The notes beneath the pieces were generated by a model, which saw only the letters and a program-made list of their open reading frames with translations, searched no databases and was not told the DNA's origin. The position numbers were made by a program, and so were the translations under genes. This document shows, piece by piece, positions 27,931-38,295 of a stretch of DNA of 61,479 nucleotides. The number at the start of each line of letters is the position of its first letter. Positions within the stretch are counted from its first letter, which is position 1. Origin of the DNA: a virus (Duplodnaviria; Caudoviricetes); IMG/VR virus record IMGVR_UViG_3300009155_000068, positions 1-61,479 of that record; one strand, 5' to 3'.

Positions 27931-30900
27931 ATGGCAAATAGATATTGGGTCGGCGGAGCAGGTACATGGGATGCATCCAGCACCACACACTGGAGTGCGT
28001 CTTCAGGTGGTGCCAGTGGTGCGTCTGTGCCTACCGCAGCCGACAATGTGTTCTTTGATTCGGCCAGCAATGCCACAGCGTATGCAGTCACACTTGGCAG
28101 TAACTTTGTGGGTACAGCATCATTTTCAACTATAACTGCGTTGACCTCCACGGTTACTGTGGCCGCTGTGACCAGTGGGTCGTTGACTGTGGGAGCTTTA
28201 ATTGTTATTTCAGTAACATTGTTCAGGATCACTAGTCTTGGAACTGGCACAGGTGGCGTGGGCACTTATAACTGTAATGTGTTGCGTGGAAATAATGGCA
28301 ATGGCGGCGGCACACAGGCCGTATTTTCTCCAACGCCAATTTGTGCTGATATTAGTTTTTCAGGACCCACAGCAGGATCACTAACATGGGTTGTGACCAA
28401 CAGTGCCATTGAAGTTGCCGGTAGTGCAACAGTGGCTGCATCGGGTGTGACCATGAGTCCAATACTGATCTACACTGGTTCCAGCACCCACACCATCACA
28501 ACTAACAGTGTGAGCATGGCTAGTGCATATTTGGCCGGAACTGGCACATATACCTTGGGGTCTGCATACACTGCTAGCAATTTATATTTCTGTCTCGGCA
28601 CGTTCAACACCGCCAATTTTGCTTTGACCGTTGTTGTATTTGACCAAGATTCTGCTACCACCAGAACGATAAATTTGGGATCAAGTACTGTGACTATCAG
28701 TGGCGGCAGCTATCCTGTAGGGAGTGGTAATCCTAGTAGTGTCTTTGGCACTAATGTAACATTTAACGCAGGTACCTCTCAGGTAAATTTCACTGCCACT
28801 AGTAGCTTTTACATTAGTTTTGGTTTGAACAAAACTTGGTATAATGTTTCGTTGACAAGCACTAGTGTAAACAAAAGTGTCACTGGTGGTATACAACTTG
28901 GGTATGGCGCTACTGATACTCCTACATTCAACAACTTTAGCATTGCTGGACAAGCAATAACAAATACAGGAGTAGCACAGATACTTTTGCGAACCAGCAT
29001 GACCATCAATGGTACATTTACCATTGGTGCTGCCGCTTCGGTCATAACCAGATTGATGTTAAGGTCAAATGCTACCGGCACCGTAAGAACTATCACAGCG
29101 GCTGCGTTTGCTGCTGGTGCCACTGATGTTGACTGGATGGATATTACCATTGCTGGTGCAGCCGGCACCATCAGTGGCACAAGATTTGGCAACTGTGGCG
29201 GATGTACCAACATCACCTTTGACGCGGCCAAAACTGTTTACTGGAATCTAGCAGGCGCACAAAACTGGTCAGCAACTGCATGGGCCACATTATCAGGTGG
29301 ATCTCCGGCTGTGAACAATTTCCCCTTGGCACAAGACACAGCAGTGTTTGACAATACTGGCAGTGTCACAGGTACAATCACAATCAATGCTGGTGGTACA
29401 AACCAAGGATGGAACATTGGCACCCTAGACATGAGTGCCAGAACCAGTGCCATGACCTTGGCTGCCAGCAGCAGCACCAGCTACCCTTGGATATTTGGGT
29501 CCTGGATCAATGGGTCAGGGGTCACTGTGTCTGGTGTAACTGGGGTGATAACATTCTCAAATCGCAGTACAAAAACCATTAATTCAGCAGGTAAGACATT
29601 CACACAGCCTATCACAATTGATGCGCCGAGTGGTGGATTGCAACTGCTGACAAACAATTTGACCGTGGATACTACTGCTACAACAACATTGTCCGCAGGT
29701 ACACTGGACTTGAACAGTTTGGTATTGAGCACTGGACTGTTTAGTGCAAGCGCCACCGTCACAAGAACCTTGGCATTTGGCACCTCATACATCAATTTGA
29801 CCGGCACAAACGGCACTATATTAACCATGTTTACTGGAACAGGATTAACAATCACTGGCACCCCAGTATTCAATGCCACAAACGCTGGCAGCGTTGGCAC
29901 AAGAGCATTACAAGTTAATGGTGTAACCAGCAATTTCCCCTCACTGAATGTCTCAGCCGGCGCCGATTCTATTTCAGCCACTGGAGCTTGGACTGATCTA
30001 AATTTTACCGGATTCACTGGTGTATGGAACAACAACTCTTTCAGCATTTATGGTAATTTGACCCTGGCATCAGGCATGGCAACACCAACAGCTGGAACTA
30101 ATACAATAACTTTTGCTGCCACCTCGGGCACCAAAACCATAACTACTGCTACAAAAACGCTAGACTTTCCCATCACATTCAACGGTGTTGGCGGCACCTG
30201 GTCTTTGCAAGATGCAATGACCTTGGGCTCAACAAGAACTTTGACAATAAACAACGGCACATTGAACTTGAATGGACAAACACTGACTGTTGGCACTGCA
30301 TTTTCAACCTCAACCGGCACCAAGAATTTAACATTCAACGGTGGCACACTAGTGTGTCCCACATCGGGCGTGACTGCATTTAATAACGCTGCTCCCACAG
30401 GATTTACCACCACAGCAGGCACAGGCACTGGTTACATACAGATGACTGGTGCCACAGCCAAGACATTTGTGGGCGGTGGATCAACATTCAACTGTGTGCT
30501 ACAACAAGCAGGTGCTGGTGATTTGACCATAACAGGATCAAACAGTTTCCTTGATCTACAGGCCACTGTGGCCGGCCAACCATCTATTATTTTGTTCACT
30601 GCTGCCACAACCACTACATTTACCAACTTCACACTGTCAGGCACAGCCGGTAATTTGGTCACTATCGGCTCGGTCACAGCCGCTAGTCACACCTTGAGCA
30701 AGGCCAGCGGAACAGTTTCAGTCAGCTACTTGAGTATCAGTAGATCCACAGCCGCTGGTGGCGCAACTTGGAATGCTGCTAATTCTACAAACGGCGGAAA
30801 TAATAGCGGCTGGATTTTTGCCGCAGTTATCGCAGTAGCATCAAGAATTACATCAACTGGGGTATTATCAATAGCTGGGGAGTTAGACGAAGTTACTCAG

Positions 30901-31056
30901 GCTACAATTAGACTCACGCCAACTTTTTTATACTCAAGTGAATTTGATGAATATACCCTGCAAGGTGCAGGTGGAGGCCTAGCAAAAAGAGAAACAGCCG
31001 CTGGCAAAATTCAAGTAACTGGATCGTTTGATGAGTACAACAAACCTTATGCATAA
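27931..31056 (+). CDS. Beta-helical adhesin/fibre-like protein
   Basis: RYWVGGAGTW...WS...P.A.D.VFFD start, repeated internally at VYWNLAG; autotransporter-like beta repeats; C-terminal (L/F)DE repeats. Confidence 0.75.
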   Translation: MANRYWVGGAGTWDASSTTHWSASSGGASGASVPTAADNVFFDSASNATAYAVTLGSNFVGTASFSTITALTSTVTVAAVTSGSLTVGALIVISVTLFRITSLGTGTGGVGTYNCNVLRGNNGNGGGTQAVFSPTPICADISFSGPTAGSLTWVVTNSAIEVAGSATVAASGVTMSPILIYTGSSTHTITTNSVSMASAYLAGTGTYTLGSAYTASNLYFCLGTFNTANFALTVVVFDQDSATTRTINLGSSTVTISGGSYPVGSGNPSSVFGTNVTFNAGTSQVNFTATSSFYISFGLNKTWYNVSLTSTSVNKSVTGGIQLGYGATDTPTFNNFSIAGQAITNTGVAQILLRTSMTINGTFTIGAAASVITRLMLRSNATGTVRTITAAAFAAGATDVDWMDITIAGAAGTISGTRFGNCGGCTNITFDAAKTVYWNLAGAQNWSATAWATLSGGSPAVNNFPLAQDTAVFDNTGSVTGTITINAGGTNQGWNIGTLDMSARTSAMTLAASSSTSYPWIFGSWINGSGVTVSGVTGVITFSNRSTKTINSAGKTFTQPITIDAPSGGLQLLTNNLTVDTTATTTLSAGTLDLNSLVLSTGLFSASATVTRTLAFGTSYINLTGTNGTILTMFTGTGLTITGTPVFNATNAGSVGTRALQVNGVTSNFPSLNVSAGADSISATGAWTDLNFTGFTGVWNNNSFSIYGNLTLASGMATPTAGTNTITFAATSGTKTITTATKTLDFPITFNGVGGTWSLQDAMTLGSTRTLTINNGTLNLNGQTLTVGTAFSTSTGTKNLTFNGGTLVCPTSGVTAFNNAAPTGFTTTAGTGTGYIQMTGATAKTFVGGGSTFNCVLQQAGAGDLTITGSNSFLDLQATVAGQPSIILFTAATTTTFTNFTLSGTAGNLVTIGSVTAASHTLSKASGTVSVSYLSISRSTAAGGATWNAANSTNGGNNSGWIFAAVIAVASRITSTGVLSIAGELDEVTQATIRLTPTFLYSSEFDEYTLQGAGGGLAKRETAAGKIQVTGSFDEYNKPYA

Positions 31057-31077
31057 GTAACTATATGGACAACTAAC

Positions 31078-34000
31078 ATGGCAAAACTACTATCAGGAAC
31101 AAGAATATACGGAACAGCAACAGTTGATTCCACGCTAACACTACAAGATCTAGTAACATCTGCTGCCACTGCTAATATAGCAAATACAACATCGACTACA
31201 GTTAATGCGTTTGGTGCAGCAACTACATTGGGGATAGGATCATCTAGTGCCGGTACACTGACAATAAACAACCCAACAATTGCCACAAGCGTAACTAGCG
31301 GTACACTGGCATTGTTCAATACTGGCCTAACAGGCACATTAAATCTAGGTGGTGCTGCTGGTACATTTAGTATTGGTTCAAGTTCGTCTACTGTTACATT
31401 TAACGGCACAACAATTAACTTAAACGGGACAAATCCCAGCATAGCTAGTACTGCTACAGGAACTGCCAGTGTGTTCAATGCCAACATTACCACTGTCAAC
31501 TTTGGCCAAGCAGCAGATATAACCATGAGTGCCACAGGAAAAACAGTTACAGTAAACGGATCTATATCAATTAAAGGCAACACAACCTTAGGTGATGCAT
31601 CGGGTGACAGTGTAACTTATACAGCCAGCACAGGTACCGTGACTACCACATACGCATTTACCAATAATGATGCTGGCACAACTACAGTAGTTTATCCAAT
31701 TAAATTTGCACATACTTTATCGTCTGGCACAGCAGCAGTGGGCATCGGATCAGGATTCCAATTTACTGCACCTAATGCATCGGGTACTATAATTGCTGGT
31801 GGAAGTATTGAAGCAGTTTCGACAAATGTAACTGCTACATCAGAAGCTTATGATGTTGTTGTGAGAGCATACACAGCGGGATCAAGCGGACAAGTAATAA
31901 AAGCCAACGGTACCTCACTAGAAGTAGGTGCAAGTAATTCTAACACTACAATTAAAACACTGGGCACTGGCACACTAACTGTGACTACAGGTACTACAGG
32001 TGCGTCAAGTGCTGGCGCCACTGTTACAGTCAGTGGTGGTGCAGGTGGTGCCACCAATGGCGCTGGCGGCCAAGGCGTATTCAAAGGCGGTGACGGTACT
32101 ACTTCAAGTGCTGGCGGAGTGGCCACACTTAAAGGTGGTGCAGCAACGGGTACAAACATCACTGGCGCAAACACTGTAATTGAAGCAGGCAACGGTACTG
32201 GTTCAGGTGGTTCAGGTAGTATTGTTTTTAGAACTGCTAGTGCAGGATCAAGCGGTGCCAGCGCAGATACAATGACTGATAGATTGACTATCAGTAGTAC
32301 TGGTAATATTGCATTTGCTGGTGCAGTTACTATTGGCGGAGATTTAACCGTTAACGGAACTGTGACCACGGTCAATTCTAGCACAGTTACCATTGATGAT
32401 AAAAACATTGAACTGGCCAGTGTAGCAGCAATAACAGGCTTAACAGTGACACTGACCAGCGGTAGTGCAATAGTTACATTTATTGGTGCAAGTACAACTA
32501 CAGGTTTACTAGCGGGACAAACACTTTCAATTACCACTGTACAAACTGGTAGTCCGGCATTTGGTGTTGGTGCAACTATTCAGAGTGTTGACAGTCTAAC
32601 ACAGGTAACAATGACTGGTAATGCTACAGGTACAACAGGTAACGTAACTGTTAGCTCAAGCGGCAGTTCAGATGCCACAGCAGATGGCGGCGGCATCACA
32701 GTCAAAGGCGCCACAGATAAGACATGGAGTTATGTATTTGCCAATACTGCATGGACCAGTAATCAAAATATTGATGCTGCCACGGGAAAAACTTATAAGA
32801 TTAACGCATCTGATGTATTGAGTGCCAGTGCTGTGTTGTCTAATGCAACCACAGCCAGCATTGGTGCAACTGGCAGCGGCACAACAGTGAACGTTGGTGG
32901 TATTACTAATAACAATACTTTAAATATTCAAGCAAATGGTACTACAGGTACTGCTACCTTAGGTACTAACGTAACCAACGGAACAGTCAATGTATTTGCA
33001 GGCGTAACTGGCACTGCCAATTACAGTGATTCAACGCTGGCAATTACTATAGGTAATAGCATAACAGCATCGCAAAGTGTAAGTATTGCCACAGGTGCTA
33101 CACTCAATGGAAATACCAAAACTATTAACATTGGTACTGCTGGTGTCAGCGGATCAATAACTAATATTACCATTGGTAGCGTTGTAAGTGGAGCAACCAG
33201 TACAACCACAGTCAACAATACGCTAAAAGTTGCTGTTGGAAGCACTAGTGGCACTGCCAACATAACAACAGATGTAACCACGGGCACATTAAATATTGCA
33301 CAATCAGTAACAGGCACCGTAGCCATTGGTTCAAGTGGGACGGTCCAACTAGGTACTAGTGCAAGTGTGGCAACTACTGCACAAGTTGGTGGGGCCATTG
33401 ACGGCAATACCCTAAAAATTGCAGGCACTGCCGCAGGAACAACCAGCGGTATTACTACAGATGTTACATCAGGCACATTTAACATTGCTCAGAGTGTAAC
33501 TGGTACAGTAAAAATTGGAGCTAGTGGTACTGTACAGTTAGGTACCAGTGCAAGTGTAACCACTGTGGCACAAGTAGGTGGTGCTGTTGATGGTAATACC
33601 TTAAAGATTGCTGGTACAACCACAGGAACAACCAGTGGTATTACCACTGATGTAACCACTGGTACATTCAATATTGCACAATCAGTAACTGGCACTGTGA
33701 AGATTGGCCTAAGTGGTACAGTTCAATTAGGTACCAGTGCAAGTGTGGCAACAACAGCACAAGTTGGCGGTGCAGTAACTGGTAATACTCTAAAAATTGC
33801 CGGTACTGCTGCGGGCGCAGTTAACATCAGTTCTGATGTTACCACAGGTACCGTTAGTTTATTCACAGGATTGACTACTGCTGTGATGACTGTTGGTAGC
33901 GCAGCAGCAGGTACATTGGCTATTGCGTTTAATAAAGCCAGCACAAGTACTACAACAGGGGCTGTGACCATTGCAGGCGGACTTGGTGTTGCTGGTGCTG

Positions 34001-34347
34001 TTAATGCACAGACCAAGAGCTTCATTATCAGTCACCCAACTAAACCTGGTAAACTACTAAAACACGGTAGCTTAGAAGGTCCTGAATTTGGTGTGTATGT
34101 ACGTGGACGTTGTACAGGAAAATATATTCAACTTCCTGACTACTGGACGGGCCTAGTTGCCGCTGACTCAGTAACAGTTGATCTAACACCCATTGGAAGT
34201 CATCAGAAATTATACGTAGAAAAGATAGATGGCGATCGAGTCTATATCGCCAACGATGCACTATTTGGTCGATCAGTTGACTGTTTCTACACAGTATGGG
34301 GCGCACGTAAAGATGTGGCCGCTCTAGAGATTGAGGCAGATGAGTAA
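31078..34347 (+). CDS. Tail fibre protein with C-terminal KSF.I.HP...L.HGSLEGPE domain
   Basis: Thr/Gly-rich fibre repeats; GDLTVNGT...DDKNIEL motif; C-terminal domain typical of phage fibre ends. Confidence 0.8.
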   Translation: MAKLLSGTRIYGTATVDSTLTLQDLVTSAATANIANTTSTTVNAFGAATTLGIGSSSAGTLTINNPTIATSVTSGTLALFNTGLTGTLNLGGAAGTFSIGSSSSTVTFNGTTINLNGTNPSIASTATGTASVFNANITTVNFGQAADITMSATGKTVTVNGSISIKGNTTLGDASGDSVTYTASTGTVTTTYAFTNNDAGTTTVVYPIKFAHTLSSGTAAVGIGSGFQFTAPNASGTIIAGGSIEAVSTNVTATSEAYDVVVRAYTAGSSGQVIKANGTSLEVGASNSNTTIKTLGTGTLTVTTGTTGASSAGATVTVSGGAGGATNGAGGQGVFKGGDGTTSSAGGVATLKGGAATGTNITGANTVIEAGNGTGSGGSGSIVFRTASAGSSGASADTMTDRLTISSTGNIAFAGAVTIGGDLTVNGTVTTVNSSTVTIDDKNIELASVAAITGLTVTLTSGSAIVTFIGASTTTGLLAGQTLSITTVQTGSPAFGVGATIQSVDSLTQVTMTGNATGTTGNVTVSSSGSSDATADGGGITVKGATDKTWSYVFANTAWTSNQNIDAATGKTYKINASDVLSASAVLSNATTASIGATGSGTTVNVGGITNNNTLNIQANGTTGTATLGTNVTNGTVNVFAGVTGTANYSDSTLAITIGNSITASQSVSIATGATLNGNTKTINIGTAGVSGSITNITIGSVVSGATSTTTVNNTLKVAVGSTSGTANITTDVTTGTLNIAQSVTGTVAIGSSGTVQLGTSASVATTAQVGGAIDGNTLKIAGTAAGTTSGITTDVTSGTFNIAQSVTGTVKIGASGTVQLGTSASVTTVAQVGGAVDGNTLKIAGTTTGTTSGITTDVTTGTFNIAQSVTGTVKIGLSGTVQLGTSASVATTAQVGGAVTGNTLKIAGTAAGAVNISSDVTTGTVSLFTGLTTAVMTVGSAAAGTLAIAFNKASTSTTTGAVTIAGGLGVAGAVNAQTKSFIISHPTKPGKLLKHGSLEGPEFGVYVRGRCTGKYIQLPDYWTGLVAADSVTVDLTPIGSHQKLYVEKIDGDRVYIANDALFGRSVDCFYTVWGARKDVAALEIEADE
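33262..33860 (+). repeat. Tandem 63-aa (189-bp) repeat, 3 full copies plus a partial one
   Basis: ITTDVT(T/S)GT..IAQSVTGTV.IG.SGTVQLGTSASV...QVGGA..GNTLKIAGT starting at 33262, 33451, 33640, with a partial copy at 33826. Confidence 0.9.
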
Positions 34348-36326
34348 TGGGAATTAACTATAACGCTAGAGTTGTAAATCGCGGATTAGTATTATACTTA
34401 GATGCGGCCAATCCTGCAAGCCTTCCTGTAAACTCTGCAATATGGAAAGATTTAACTACTGCGGGGTATACTGCGTATATTCGAGGAACACCAACAACCT
34501 CAACATCATACGGTGGAGCAGTAACAACACCACAAAATCAAACTACAACTTATGTTGAGTTGCCCGAAGCTGCACTCCAATCGCTACCCAATGGATTGAC
34601 TTGGACAATGGAATGGGCATTGACTATACTATCGCACAGCGGCACACGATATGGCCCGCATATGACAGTCTCCGGTGGTAACGATTTTATCTGGCAGTGG
34701 TCAACAACAGATAGCCAGCTGTTTGCCGGTTCACTAACGTCTGGTACAAATCCACCATGGACCCTGAATGTTCCTGCAAATTACACACTTACTAGAAACG
34801 ACTCGGTTTGGAGAATATACAAGGATGGTGTATTTGCTGCCGAATATTCTTTATCTACAACTGATACTAGATTAATTCAGGGCTGGATATTAGACCAAGA
34901 AGCTGACGGATTAAAAGGATCATTTGATCCGGCTCAAAATTTACATGCAGACTGGCACTACATTAAATTGTACAATAGTGTGCTAACAGATGCAGAAATT
35001 TTAGAAAACTTTATTGCATTACGTGGGAGATCTACCCTTCCAAATTATATATTTGGAGTAATACCCGCATCAATCAATGAAGGAAGTTCCGGTACATTTA
35101 ATGTGGTGACAAATAATGTTGCCGACAGTACTACTCTATACTGGACTATAGCTACTAACTCGGGTGACTTTTCTACCATTAACGGGTCATTTACAATTAC
35201 ATCTAATGCTGGTTCTTTCTCAGTAACTCCTACTGCTGATTTAACCACAGAGGGTGCTGAGACATTTACAGTTAGCATTAGAACAGTCAGTATTACCGGT
35301 ACTGTGGTTGCCACTAGTTCATCAGTTACTATTAATGATACAAGTCTTACACCGGCCATACCCACCTATATATTTGGAGTAATACCTGCATCAATAAATG
35401 AAGGAAGTTCCGGTACATTTAATGTCACCACTACCGATGTAGCCAATGCAACTACTCTATACTGGACTATAGCTACTAACGCAGGTGACTTTTCCACCAT
35501 TAACGGGTCATTTACAATTACATCTAATGCTGGCTCTTTCTCAGTAACACCCACCGCTGACCTATTGACAGAGGGTGCTGAGACATTTACAGTCAGCGTT
35601 AGAACAGTCAGTATTACCGGTACTGTGGTTGCCACTAGTTCATCAGTTACTATTAATGATACAAGTCTATCAAGTCTGATCACATCTGGACTACAGCTTT
35701 GGTTAGATGTAGGACGAACTGCAAGTTATCCAGGGACAGGTACAGCCTGGACTGATTTAACTGTTAACGGCAGAAATGGTACGATAGTTAATAGTCCTAC
35801 ATATACATCTGCCGGTGCCAGTAGTTATCTTAGTTTTGGAAGTGGTGCATCGCAGAGAACCAGTTTCACTTATCAAACGCCAGTTCAATCAGCAGCCACA
35901 GCGTTTACTTGGGATATATGGGCGTATCCTGTCGCAAACCAAGACAGTTATATTCTAATGGGTTATAGGGGAACTACACCGTTACAGTTTTACAAACTAA
36001 CCACTCAAAAATTTGAAATGTATCCTGCTGAAATATTCTACTTGTTCGCTCTCAATGTCTGGCAAAATATTACCGCAGTCTATGATGGGTCACAAAGCGG
36101 AACAGCTAATATGAAACTGTATGTAAATGGCACAGCCGTGGGATTACGAGATGCTGACCAACCAGATTTTAGTCCTAGTGCTATGCCGTTTTATGTTGGC
36201 GGTGACCCTATTAGCAGTGAATTTGCCACTGCAAGGATTAATCAAGTTGCAGTGTACAATCGTGCTTTATCAGCAGGTGAAATTAGCACAAACTTTAATA
36301 CGTTTAAAGGACGATTTGGATTATGA
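34347..36326 (+). CDS. LamG/concanavalin-A-like lectin protein with two Calx-beta-like repeats
   Basis: GLVLYLDAAN..S...W.DL and YNRALS..EI..NF motifs at both ends; central SINEG...ADL.TEGAETF...INDTS duplication. Confidence 0.85.
   Translation: MGINYNARVVNRGLVLYLDAANPASLPVNSAIWKDLTTAGYTAYIRGTPTTSTSYGGAVTTPQNQTTTYVELPEAALQSLPNGLTWTMEWALTILSHSGTRYGPHMTVSGGNDFIWQWSTTDSQLFAGSLTSGTNPPWTLNVPANYTLTRNDSVWRIYKDGVFAAEYSLSTTDTRLIQGWILDQEADGLKGSFDPAQNLHADWHYIKLYNSVLTDAEILENFIALRGRSTLPNYIFGVIPASINEGSSGTFNVVTNNVADSTTLYWTIATNSGDFSTINGSFTITSNAGSFSVTPTADLTTEGAETFTVSIRTVSITGTVVATSSSVTINDTSLTPAIPTYIFGVIPASINEGSSGTFNVTTTDVANATTLYWTIATNAGDFSTINGSFTITSNAGSFSVTPTADLLTEGAETFTVSVRTVSITGTVVATSSSVTINDTSLSSLITSGLQLWLDVGRTASYPGTGTAWTDLTVNGRNGTIVNSPTYTSAGASSYLSFGSGASQRTSFTYQTPVQSAATAFTWDIWAYPVANQDSYILMGYRGTTPLQFYKLTTQKFEMYPAEIFYLFALNVWQNITAVYDGSQSGTANMKLYVNGTAVGLRDADQPDFSPSAMPFYVGGDPISSEFATARINQVAVYNRALSAGEISTNFNTFKGRFGL
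35046..35668 (+). repeat. Direct tandem duplication, ~302-bp unit with 321-bp period
   Basis: 35046-35347 and 35367-35668 are highly similar; many differences are synonymous. Confidence 0.92.
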
Positions 36327-36973
36327 GTTTAGCCCACAGCCCCAGGATAGTTACTAGCAATTTGATATTATATCTTGATGCTGCTAATACAACAAGTTAT
36401 CCCGGGTCTGGAACCACTTGGACTGACCTAAGTGGCAATGGTTATACAGGAACATTAACAAATGGACCAACCTATACCAGTACAAATAGTGGATCCATTG
36501 TTTTTGACGGAGCTGATGATAGAGTAGATTTATCATCAGCCATCGGACTAGTATCTCAATACACAATATCCTACTGGGCAAAAAGAGATGCAGAAGGTAG
36601 AATGCCTGTAACAACTACCACTATGTCTGATTTTTATTGGTTTGGGGATAATAGTTGGTATTATACCCACGGCGGGGTTAGTGGAGAATATTACTATTCA
36701 AAACCAACTTCAATACCATTGGGAACTTGGGGATACTATGCTGTTGTGTATGATGGAAGTAATGTATCTATTTACAGGCAAGGAATATATCAAGGGCAAC
36801 AGGCAACAACAGGAACCGCAAACTTTTCAGCTCCATTGAGAATTGGATGGTGGAATAATGCTACGTATGCTTATTTAGGAAATATCTCTAATGTACAAGC
36901 ATATAGTCGAGCACTATCAGCAGACGAAATAACACAAAACTTTAATGCTATTCGTGGGAGATATGGAATATGA
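36323..36973 (+). CDS. LamG/concanavalin-A-like lectin domain protein
   Basis: LYLDAAN..SYPGSGTTWTDLSGNG, FDG.DD, YSRALS..EI.QNFNA.RGRYG. Confidence 0.88.
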   Translation: MSLAHSPRIVTSNLILYLDAANTTSYPGSGTTWTDLSGNGYTGTLTNGPTYTSTNSGSIVFDGADDRVDLSSAIGLVSQYTISYWAKRDAEGRMPVTTTTMSDFYWFGDNSWYYTHGGVSGEYYYSKPTSIPLGTWGYYAVVYDGSNVSIYRQGIYQGQQATTGTANFSAPLRIGWWNNATYAYLGNISNVQAYSRALSADEITQNFNAIRGRYGI

Positions 36974-37644
36974 GTACCATAGCAGGACCGCAAATTGTTT
37001 CTAGTGGATTAATCTATGACCTAGATGCTGGTAATAGTTCCGTGAGTTTACCAGTCAATAATGCTGTTATCAAAAACTGGTATGATGTATCCGGAAACGG
37101 TTTTGTTGCCACTGCACCAAACGGTATAGTATACAGTGCGTTATATGGCGGAACTCTTATATTCGATGGATTAACGCAACTCATTGACTTGGGAATCAGT
37201 GCATACGGACTAGGCATTGTAAGAAAAGCAACATTTAGTGGCTGGATGATGACCAATTCATCAGCCGCATACCTAGTCAGCGATTGGAATGGATTAGGAA
37301 TGACCCTAAGATTTAATGGCCCAACGTCAGCAGATTTTTATGTCTATGGAAGTAATCGCAGAATTACAGCAACTTACACTTTTAATGTAGGATCTTGGTA
37401 CAATATTGTTGGAGTTATGGACGGGGACAACATGTATATGTATATTAACAGCGCTCTTGTAGGAACACAAACCCTAGCAGAAGATATTGGAGCTAGTCCT
37501 AGCACATTGAAAATAGGAACCAGAGGTGATGGCTCCGACCGGCCTGCCCAGACAATAGGGTGTCTTCAGATTTACAATAGGGCACTTTCTGCCGAAGAAA
37601 TACTGCAAAACTACAATGCCCTACGCATTAGATATGGACTGTAA
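36970..37644 (+). CDS. LamG/concanavalin-A-like lectin domain protein
   Basis: Paralog of the previous gene: GL.YDLDAGN, W.DVSGNG, YNRALSAEEILQNYNA.R.RYG. Confidence 0.88.
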   Translation: MSTIAGPQIVSSGLIYDLDAGNSSVSLPVNNAVIKNWYDVSGNGFVATAPNGIVYSALYGGTLIFDGLTQLIDLGISAYGLGIVRKATFSGWMMTNSSAAYLVSDWNGLGMTLRFNGPTSADFYVYGSNRRITATYTFNVGSWYNIVGVMDGDNMYMYINSALVGTQTLAEDIGASPSTLKIGTRGDGSDRPAQTIGCLQIYNRALSAEEILQNYNALRIRYGL

Positions 37645-37657
37645 CTAAATATACTAT

Positions 37658-38290
37658 ATGGCAAACGCAGACAAAAATATCGTTATTACCCCCAATGTAG
37701 GCAGTACAACAGCACAGCCTAACATTGTTTTTACCGGTCAAAACGCCGTTCCTATTACTCTAAGGATAACAGACACTGGCGTACTAAGCTGGGAAGGATC
37801 AGCTGGACAACTTTTTAGTATCACCAACAGCTTAACTGGTACATTGTTCAGCATTAACGATATATCAGGACTGCCTATATTAGAAATAACAGATGCGCCT
37901 GCAATACTGACCTACGCACCAATAACAGGCGCAGCCGGTAAAACTATTTTAAATGATATTAGCAACCAATGTGACGGTAATAAATGTGTGTTTAATCTAA
38001 TAAACGATCAAACAGCACTTTCAACCACATATCTAGTAGATTCAAAAGATTTAGAAGTTGTTGTTAACGGACAGCAACTAACACCTTATACACAACCACA
38101 GCCCAGTGCTTGGATACCGGTATTTGACAGCTATTCCAGCAAGATGTTTAGGATAAGAGAAAATCGGCTAATTATATACAACGCACCAGAGGTTGGTAGT
38201 CAAGTAAGAGTTACAGTGACTAAGACTTCCTCAACACGACAAAGACAGAGATATCCGTTTAGACCAGCAACAATCGCACTAGGAGATTAA
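37658..38290 (+). CDS. Virion structural protein
   Basis: TAAATA promoter at 37646; LSWEGSAGQLFSI...LFSINDISGLP motif; located in the fibre cluster. Confidence 0.65.
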   Translation: MANADKNIVITPNVGSTTAQPNIVFTGQNAVPITLRITDTGVLSWEGSAGQLFSITNSLTGTLFSINDISGLPILEITDAPAILTYAPITGAAGKTILNDISNQCDGNKCVFNLINDQTALSTTYLVDSKDLEVVVNGQQLTPYTQPQPSAWIPVFDSYSSKMFRIRENRLIIYNAPEVGSQVRVTVTKTSSTRQRQRYPFRPATIALGD

Positions 38291-38295
38291 CAAAA

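Noticed and set aside
35046-35668. DGR template/variable repeat pair
   Set aside because: Both copies are in frame within one gene, the differences are not adenine-specific, and there is no reverse transcriptase in the window.
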